Assembly (NCBI GenBank): GCA_963841565.1 | Contig: CAWJCY010000009.1 | Span: 1 to 64,000 of the forward strand | Source: an uncultured Nitrososphaerales archaeon | GTDB lineage: Archaea; Thermoproteota; Nitrososphaeria; Nitrososphaerales; Nitrososphaeraceae | Reading direction: 5' to 3' | DNA length: 64,000 nt | The notes under the pieces: model-generated | The model's input: only the letters and a program-made list of their open reading frames with translations | What the model was told of the DNA's origin: nothing | Database searches by the model: none | Translations under genes and position numbers: made by a program | Part shown: in pieces, positions 56,824 to 64,000 of the stretch | How positions within the stretch are numbered: the first letter of the stretch is position 1 | How the letters are laid out: each line of letters begins with the position of its first letter

Positions 56824-56964
56824 ATGATCGAGGATTCAAAGAATAATGAAACTGAAGATGATGAGGAAGGAGCGAGAGAAGAGATCAAGGAAGAGGTTCA
56901 TGAACTACAAGACTCTGAAAGTGAGGAAATCGAAGAAGATGACCTTGATCCAGAAGAAGAATAG
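56824..56964 (+). CDS. 46-aa highly acidic microprotein
   Basis: MIEDSKNNETEDDEEGAREEIKEEVHELQDSESEEIEEDDLDPEEE*. Confidence 0.6.
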   Translation: MIEDSKNNETEDDEEGAREEIKEEVHELQDSESEEIEEDDLDPEEE

Positions 56965-57203
56965 CGTTGTTATTCATTTAGAATGCAAGTATTTTGACTA
57001 AAGTAATTGATAGAATGATTGAAAGGTCAAATTCTTAGGCCGCCTGTCTAGGCTTCATCGTACCAAAGGTCCCCTTTTAACCCATATCGATTTTGAAAGA
57101 TTTAGCAGCTATGGAGTAAGTTGTACATCTGCTGGTCAGCGGCGAGGACAGTCCAATAGCCTGACCTTTTCTTTGGATTTCCTTATAAGAGAAAAGGTAA
57201 AAG

Positions 57204-57839
57204 GTGGCCTGTCCTAGTGAAGTCCTAATGTCAAAGAAGAAGGCTGGGAAGATTATAACGCTGGAAGGAATAGAAAATTCGGGCAAGACTACCCAGGCAC
57301 AGATGCTAAGTCATTATTTGAGCAAAGAGAAGCATCTGAATACGGCTCATTTTGATCTCCCCGACTATCAGACGGATCTAGGTAAGATAATAGACAAATA
57401 CCTAAATTATGCAGAGATGCCCTCTAATCCGGAAGTATTGCATCTTCTTTACGCTGCAAATAGATATGAAATTAGAGATGTGATCAATTTCCATCTCAAT
57501 GATGGGTATGTAGTGATAATGAATCGTTACTACCAAAGTAGCATAGTATACGGGTATGTTAACGGCTTAGAAACTGGATGGCTTTCTACGTTAGATGAAA
57601 ATATGCCCCGTTCTGACTTGACATTGATCCTTGATGTGCCAGTACAAATCACCGAAAAACGAGGTACTCTCATGAAAAAGAATCGATTCGTATATGACAA
57701 GGAATTCATTGAAAGGGTGAGAGAAGCCTTTTTGACCTTGGCGGAAAAAGAGAAGTGGGAGGTTATTGATGGGGCTCAAAGTAGAGAAGATATCCACAAA
57801 GATATCATAAAGATTGTCGAGAGCCATTTTGGAAGTTAG
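57204..57839 (+). CDS. tmk: thymidylate kinase
   Basis: ITLEGIENSGKTTQ, LLYAANRYE, MNRYYQSSIVYG, DLTLILDV. Confidence 0.92.
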   Translation: MACPSEVLMSKKKAGKIITLEGIENSGKTTQAQMLSHYLSKEKHLNTAHFDLPDYQTDLGKIIDKYLNYAEMPSNPEVLHLLYAANRYEIRDVINFHLNDGYVVIMNRYYQSSIVYGYVNGLETGWLSTLDENMPRSDLTLILDVPVQITEKRGTLMKKNRFVYDKEFIERVREAFLTLAEKEKWEVIDGAQSREDIHKDIIKIVESHFGS

Positions 57840-58083
57840 TTAAAGGACGCCTTGACTTGGGCATCATTTATTCACGAAACATTGAACCGTATCGGATCAA
57901 GCCTACAGAGGGAAGGCGACTGAGATTTAGTACATTCCGCATTAAATTGACTCGAAAATGAAAGACAAAATTCCTGCAATCATTCTGGATAATGTTGAGA
58001 GGTCATAATGCTGTCGCCCATTGTCTGCATAGACTCTTCTCCCGAAACCCAGAATTACATTCTCTCTGATTCATGAGTTTGGG

Positions 58084-58128
58084 TTTGAATTTGAATTAGA
58101 ATTTGAATTAGAATTAGAATTGAATTAA
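58084..58128. repeat. imperfect hexamer microsatellite (GAATTW)n
   Basis: tttgaatttgaattagaatttgaattagaattagaattgaatta. Confidence 0.7.
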
Positions 58129-58192
58129 GGTCGAAATCCAAAGATTCTAGAACATCTTTTTCAGACAACAACATATTGTTGAATGGCTGACC

Positions 58193-58489
58193 TTACACTC
58201 TTAGATATTTTTCCACTTCGTCGCCGATAAGAGTAGGAGTAACGGTATTGTAGTTGTTCGTATTCGCTCCGTCTTCGTTAGTGGATGTCGAACTCGTCTC
58301 CTGACTTATTTCCTCATTGTATTCCGAGCGTTCCCCCCCCTCGCTAATGAGTTCCTTTAGGAGTTGAACTTGACCTAGTATTTTTCCCTTTCCCAGATCT
58401 GAAAATCCATTGTTCTGTAAGAAGGACAGATATCTAATGAGAACATTTAGCTCGTTTAATTTTGTTTTAGCTAGTTCTAACGTTATCAT
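58193..58489 (-). CDS. hypothetical protein
   Basis: 98 aa, helical N-terminus and polar tail. Confidence 0.6.
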   Translation of the reverse strand: MITLELAKTKLNELNVLIRYLSFLQNNGFSDLGKGKILGQVQLLKELISEGGERSEYNEEISQETSSTSTNEDGANTNNYNTVTPTLIGDEVEKYLRV

Positions 58490-58682
58490 GAGCGTTTGAC
58501 GATAGTAGTGATAGTGCTTACTTTGCCTTAATTACATGAAGGTTGAATATGTTAGATAACATTCTGCAGAATAATTAAGCCACCACTAGTATATCGACCC
58601 AAAAACTTCTGGATTCAGTTGTAAAGATATTTGAACTGGCGCAAGTAAATACCTTCTGGGCATACAGATGAAATAATACACT

Positions 58683-59345
58683 TTGCAAAAGTCTATGATC
58701 ATAAAATCCCTGAGAACCACATCGCATGCGATAACAACAACAATAGCCTCATCCCACAAATCTTCTGTTGCTATCGCTATGACTATCGTTGCTCTGATGA
58801 TAGTGGGTCCTACAGCTCCCAACATGATCCAGCAGAAGGTAGCTGGACAAGTAGATCCAACACAACCAGAACAAGAACGAGAATACGTGTCGTCTTCGCA
58901 ACGGGAAGCTGCACGAGAAGCCGAAAGGGCTGCTGCCACTGCTTCAGAACCAGACCACAATAGTAATAGCGTATCACAGAGCTTAGATTACGCACACTTT
59001 GTTCCCTTGACGAACAGTCCAGGAAACCAGGTAAAGATGCTATTGAAATACTCATCTCTAGATCCATCAATGACCAATGCTCCTATTAACGCAGTAATGG
59101 AAGTATATGCAGCCAATCAGACTCTATTAAAGACTACTTCATTCCCTCAACCTCTCTTACTTAATCAATCAGGAGAAATACAACTTGCCACTACATTCGA
59201 GGATGTGTCACTGAACAACATAACAGCAAGGACGATGTTAACAGATGGGGAGAAGGCGATCCCGATCTCGAACACCCTTGAAACCAGACTCGCTTTAGGA
59301 CAGAACATTTCTGACATCGTAGAAAATATTACTGGCACAAATTAA
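58683..59345 (+). CDS. secreted/membrane-anchored hypothetical protein
   Basis: TM segment followed by beta-rich domain; T-rich tract after the stop. Confidence 0.75.
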   Translation: MQKSMIIKSLRTTSHAITTTIASSHKSSVAIAMTIVALMIVGPTAPNMIQQKVAGQVDPTQPEQEREYVSSSQREAAREAERAAATASEPDHNSNSVSQSLDYAHFVPLTNSPGNQVKMLLKYSSLDPSMTNAPINAVMEVYAANQTLLKTTSFPQPLLLNQSGEIQLATTFEDVSLNNITARTMLTDGEKAIPISNTLETRLALGQNISDIVENITGTN

Positions 59346-59592
59346 CCATTCACTTTTATTTTGTTTTTATTTCATTATCTTAATTCTAGAGTCGTTGAAA
59401 CCAAGAAATTCACTCGATTCATATTTTGAAGAGCAATTGAACATCTGATCAAGGATACTATTTGCTGCAGCCAGGTACTAACAAAAATACAGAATCAATA
59501 AACTACGAATTAATTATATTGAATGTTTCAATAAAAGTAATAAGTGAATAAGAATCTTACTCATTATATCCATAATTGACACAAAACTACTG

Positions 59593-59805
59593 TTGAGTGT
59601 CGATTATACCAAGAAAAAAACGAAGATAAATCCTCAGAATAAAAAATTCTTAGGATGCCCATTATGCCACTCATCAAAGTATGTGGTCTTTACATCTAGT
59701 ATACCAAATACCAAGTATCAGGTTCACGAATTATACTGCCATGGCTGTAACGTAATATTTTCCCCATCAAATGCAACTCTGCCAATAGAAATTATTGATT
59801 CTTAG
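59593..59805 (+). CDS. small zinc-ribbon protein
   Basis: GCPLCHS...LYCHGCN. Confidence 0.6.
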   Translation: MSVDYTKKKTKINPQNKKFLGCPLCHSSKYVVFTSSIPNTKYQVHELYCHGCNVIFSPSNATLPIEIIDS

Positions 59806-60012
59806 AATCCAATTTTCAATTTTACGCCCCGACATTCTTGGGAACTTCCGCAAGAGGTATGAAGAAGACGTTAGCGTCAAAGTCAGAGGGCATACAGGCT
59901 TGAACACAATTACTTTGGTTCATCATCACAAATCATATCTGGTTTAAAAAATGGTTTGCCTAATACCTCTTAGTTGACCGGACAATCTACCGATTCTATC
60001 CTAGCATCCCAA

Positions 60013-60535
60013 TTAAATTACGTCGGTATCTCTTATCTCGTTTCCTAAATCTGTGTGACTGCTGCCCACGCCCGTGAGTATTTGTCGTGTTCCATTGTCA
60101 CGGGTCGATGAATTGTTCTGCGTTATTCTGTTAACCTCTTCTCCTGTACGAAACACAGATGCAATTGTTTTCTCCAAGGCTTCATCTGCCATCTCGACAT
60201 GGAGATATGGCTTCAGAGGTGTTACCTGCAAATGCGAACTGATATCCAAGTGATAGCTGAGATTGTATTTCATTAAAACCGAAGGTACTGGCTAACTGAT
60301 TATTCAGCTTATCTCTTTGACTTGACAACTCGTTCTGAATATCTTCACTTGCTTGAGTCACCATGGCAATGATTTCTCCAGGATCTTGAATAGTAGCATC
60401 ATTTGTCGACGTTGACGCTACTGCAACTCCAGTCGTACCTATTGATGTCAACAATAGTCCTGTTGCCTCCAGCAAGAAGAAAAATATCCAACTTGTTCCT
60501 TCTAATTTTCGTGAAGTTCTCGTACTCAGGATCAA
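60013..60535 (-). pseudogene. secreted hypothetical protein split by a frameshift near 60205
   Basis: ...FAGNTSEAIS continues as HVEMADEALEKTI in the overlapping ORF. Confidence 0.55.
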
Positions 60536-60636
60536 TTATGGTCCAATAATGTTTGAATTTGAAGTATAAACACTTGATAAAGAAAAACAAGAGTCAAAAT
60601 AAAGTGGAATTTCGGATACAGGAATTTGCCAAATAT

Positions 60637-62109
60637 CTATGTGGAGCCTGAAAATTGCCCTCTAGATGAATGTCGTAACTCTAGGTCTTTGCCTAAAGTG
60701 TCCCTTAAAGCCAATTCCAAATAAGGAAAGCGAAACTGATAACCCGATTCAATTAATCGCGAAGGCATAACGCGAGTGCTAGACAGCAACAACGCATCGG
60801 TAAGCTCTTGACCTACTATCACTCTTAAGAGAAATTTAGGAACGGCAAGGAATGTTGCTCGTGACAAGATCTTTCCCAAGGAATCTGTAAATTCGGTGTT
60901 CGTGACAGGATTAGGAGAAACGGCGTTTACCGGTCCGCTAAAGGTCTCATCTGCAATCATTGATAATATAATGGTGATCAGATCCTCCAATGCAATCCAA
61001 CTAACATACTGATTCCCTTTACCTATCCGCCCACCTAAACCTAACTTAAAAACAGGCAGTATCTTCGCAAGAAGGCCTCCTGATGAGGATAACACTATCC
61101 CAAGTCGTAGATTGACGACGCGAATTCCAGCCTCTTTCGCAATATGAGTTGCGTATTCCCATTCTCTACACAAATCCGACAAGAAGTCAATAGATGGAAC
61201 CTTGCTCGGAACAGATGATGCTCTAGTACCTGCTTGACTATCTTCTGATAATATCTCATCACCTCTATTCCCATAGAATGCGATAGCGGACACAGATACC
61301 AATACCGAAGGCGGTTTATCGAGAGAGGCTAGTCGCTCACATAAAGCGGTGGTAGCATTTATTCTACTTTCTGATAACTTTTTTTTCTTTTCCTTTGTCC
61401 ACTTTCCAAATATGTTTTCTCCGGCAAGGTTAACTACAGCATCTACATGATTGTCGTTTAAAGGATCTAAATTGAAATGACTCGGAGTTTGACCTTGATT
61501 TGTACGCAAAGAGGGAGCAACAAGCCGATTCCTGGAAAGAGGAACTACTCTATGGCCACCGGTCGTGAGGAAAGGCATTAGTGCGCTTCCCACAAAACCA
61601 CCCGAACCAGTAATTGCAATAGTTAGAGGTCTCTCACTTTTTCTTATTCTATTTATGACGGAATGCGTACGAAGGTCCTGACTAATAGTCCGATGACGAT
61701 ATTCAAAGATCTTCCTTAGGTTCTTATCCACAAATCGGTGGGCTGCTAATCTACCTATTCGACCCGCGGGAAGTGAATATTCTATGCGATCCTCTAATAT
61801 ACAAGATGTACCGAATCGCTCAAACAAGTGTAAATGAACAAATGATGGAAAAAACCCTTTTATCTGGATATCTTTGAATTGTTTTTCCGGGATATATTCA
61901 GCGTGCCTAACTGCCCATTTCATAGAGAGAGGCCCAATTTTTGTTCGAAGCTTTACAACACCATTATTTTGAATGGTGCCGCTACGCCCGATTACCTTAA
62001 ATTGTTCCCATGGCGGTTTTAGACGTTCGAATGCGCCTTCTTTTATGTGCCAGGCAAATATCTTCTCTAAAGGTTGATCAATTCTGCTTGAGTGTACAAA
62101 GGTTTCCAC
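60637..62109 (-). CDS. SRPBCC domain fused to TIGR01777 NAD-dependent epimerase
   Basis: FAWH...AFERL.PPW...F.DIQIKG.F (SRPBCC); ITGSGGFVG, VVNLAGENI, GFYG-like AFYG, GPVNAVSP, GYQFRFP. Confidence 0.92.
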   Translation of the reverse strand: METFVHSSRIDQPLEKIFAWHIKEGAFERLKPPWEQFKVIGRSGTIQNNGVVKLRTKIGPLSMKWAVRHAEYIPEKQFKDIQIKGFFPSFVHLHLFERFGTSCILEDRIEYSLPAGRIGRLAAHRFVDKNLRKIFEYRHRTISQDLRTHSVINRIRKSERPLTIAITGSGGFVGSALMPFLTTGGHRVVPLSRNRLVAPSLRTNQGQTPSHFNLDPLNDNHVDAVVNLAGENIFGKWTKEKKKKLSESRINATTALCERLASLDKPPSVLVSVSAIAFYGNRGDEILSEDSQAGTRASSVPSKVPSIDFLSDLCREWEYATHIAKEAGIRVVNLRLGIVLSSSGGLLAKILPVFKLGLGGRIGKGNQYVSWIALEDLITIILSMIADETFSGPVNAVSPNPVTNTEFTDSLGKILSRATFLAVPKFLLRVIVGQELTDALLLSSTRVMPSRLIESGYQFRFPYLELALRDTLGKDLELRHSSRGQFSGST

Positions 62110-62382
62110 CCGATAGCTATATTCTTATCCTACATAAATTGATAGGATTCATGACTTGTTGATCACTCGATGGGAACGATAGGTCAAAATTGTTTAATCT
62201 CATAAGAATTGAAAACCTCGGGTCTTAAGAGAGAACATAGCTATGTGTGAGCGCATTGACAATGAACAGCATGAGGAATTGACTACTGTGAATTTCTTAA
62301 CGGCTTCAACAAAATTTAACCTCTTAGTACTACTGCTAGAACTGCCCAAATGAAATCTCCTCACGATGAATCGATTCACCAT

Positions 62383-62553
62383 TCAGGCATATCTGTTCAT
62401 TCTTTTGTATTTTGTATACCATCTGTAAACAAAATAAGCAATGGCAATAATTACCACTGCGATTATCAGAGGACTGAGAAGGTAAATGACAATGGCTGCG
62501 ACTATGATGAGAACTGCTATTATTACTATATCTGATATCTTTAGGTTGCTCAT
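62383..62553 (-). CDS. 56-aa two-TM membrane microprotein
   Basis: MSNLKISDIVIIAVLIIVAAIVIYLLSPLIIAVVIIAIAYFVYRWYTKYKRMNRYA*. Confidence 0.7.
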   Translation of the reverse strand: MSNLKISDIVIIAVLIIVAAIVIYLLSPLIIAVVIIAIAYFVYRWYTKYKRMNRYA

Positions 62554-63474
62554 TCAGATCTATTTCACATCACCATCACTTAAGCTGTACGTGTACTATG
62601 TCTGGCACTGAAGTTAATTAATTGCAATAGATGTTATTTGAAGACCAGAATAGTGAGGTTCAGAACCCATCTTGGATAGCAAATGAGACAAGAATAACTA
62701 TGGGTATTGAAAAAAATATGATCAAGATTGCAAATCCAATCTACTCAATAGTTATGGCATTAAATCTCATTTTCTTTAAGACTTAATTATCACAGCTTAG
62801 TTTTGGTAGACAATTGAATCAAGTTGTCGACAAAAGGAATTAGTAACGAACCATCCAGTGTAATTAACAAAAAATGGAGCTGTATCATATGTGGAAAGAA
62901 CATGGAGAGCGAGTACATTCTTAATTTTCATCTCTTGTTGGAACACAGCGAATCAAGGCGATCTCCGGTAGGAGTGGCTTGACTAAGGAAGCATATCGAA
63001 CTAAAAAAAATTTATTTGCCGCATATTTAGAACCATAAAGTTGTCAACATTTATTATAATGAGGATGAGTTTGATGCTGCCACCAATAGTCATGACCCTA
63101 GTAATTCTGAACCCATTGTAGCATTCACGTGACAACGGCATCAACAACGCTCCTATCTTGGATCTGGATCAGACCATGACATTGTTATAGATGGACTAGA
63201 GGTTAAGATAGGTCATACAGAAACTGTTCATCCAAATGGTACTGTTAGCGTTGAGAGCATGAGCGCAAGTGATATTGATGCAAGTACGGCCCATTCATAA
63301 CGGGTGCCATTACTGATTTCAGACAATTTGATAGCAGTGGGCAATAATCCATTTGGACAAGACAGAAGAGCCTTGAGAATATAGTTATTTTGAAGATATT
63401 TCGAAATTACTAACCCAACACTTTAGCCTGACTCATTTCAATCAGGCTATATATACTATATAGAATAACCTTTA

Positions 63475-64000
63475 ATGCGTTTACCTGTCCTAGTAATGGA
63501 AGATAGAATGGTTAATGCGAAATCCAGGATCCCTGACTTATTGCGAGTTTCTGTCCCCGTCTTTGCTGTTGCTATCTTTGCTTTATTTGAATCTTCACCG
63601 TCATTCTCTCAAACCCAAGCTGATAATGAAGTGGCAAATACTTCATCGAAGAATATAAGTAATGCTCGAGATGAAGAAGGAGGGTAAATCTGTTACCTAC
63701 TATGACAATGTCTCAGGTTACCTAGCAACTCCTCAAAGCAATATTTCTACATCAGACAAGGTACTCCCTGCAGTAGTGATGATTCATGAATGGTGGGGGT
63801 TGAATGACAATATGAAAGAAATGGCCGATCAATTAGCAAATGAGGGTTATGTAGTATTGGCAGCCGATCTGTTCAATGGCACTGTTGCAGCAAATCCTGA
63901 GGAAGCTGGAGAGTTAGCAGGCAAAGTGAGAGATAATCCTTCTAATGCTATCGCGAATCTGCAATCTGCGGTCAGATACCTGGCCTCATTGGAAAACGTG
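63475..64000 (+). CDS. secreted dienelactone hydrolase family protein, frameshift near 63680, truncated by window end
   Basis: Signal-peptide ORF, then shifted frame GYLATP...PAVVMIHEWWGLNDNMKEMADQLANEGYVVLAADLF. Confidence 0.85.

Noticed and set aside
62350-62535. 61-aa His/Cys/Tyr-rich + strand ORF
   Set aside because: Antisense to a more plausible two-TM membrane microprotein (62383-62553, minus)

Overview
AT-rich archaeal DNA with low coding density. The gene content (PQQ-type sugar dehydrogenase, CBS, UspA, TRAM and Lrp proteins, stand-alone receiver proteins, DUF6659-like protein, wHTH regulators, secreted HtrA) most resembles a soil ammonia-oxidising archaeon (Nitrososphaeraceae); this assignment is an inference. 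It is an accessory/stress region with a few housekeeping genes (nadE, tmk, nikR). About a dozen genes carry frameshifts, which may be long-read assembly errors or real decay. No rRNA, tRNA, CRISPR array or intact transposase was recognised. The main unannotated signals are: (1) a GC-rich intergenic three-way-junction RNA with a 7-bp kissing-loop interaction and its own TATA box (45917-46032, minus strand), plus several other structured intergenic elements; (2) a dispersed set of 38-45 aa zinc-finger microproteins (four C2H2, one C4, one metallothionein-like) below the ORF-track cut-off, three of them clustered; (3) a higher-GC, Shine-Dalgarno-led bacterial-type cassette (ABM, GlcG, MRJP); (4) a Zn-finger/PIN-like gene pair; (5) a divergent GpgS-like glycosyltransferase and GCS2 ligase pair.
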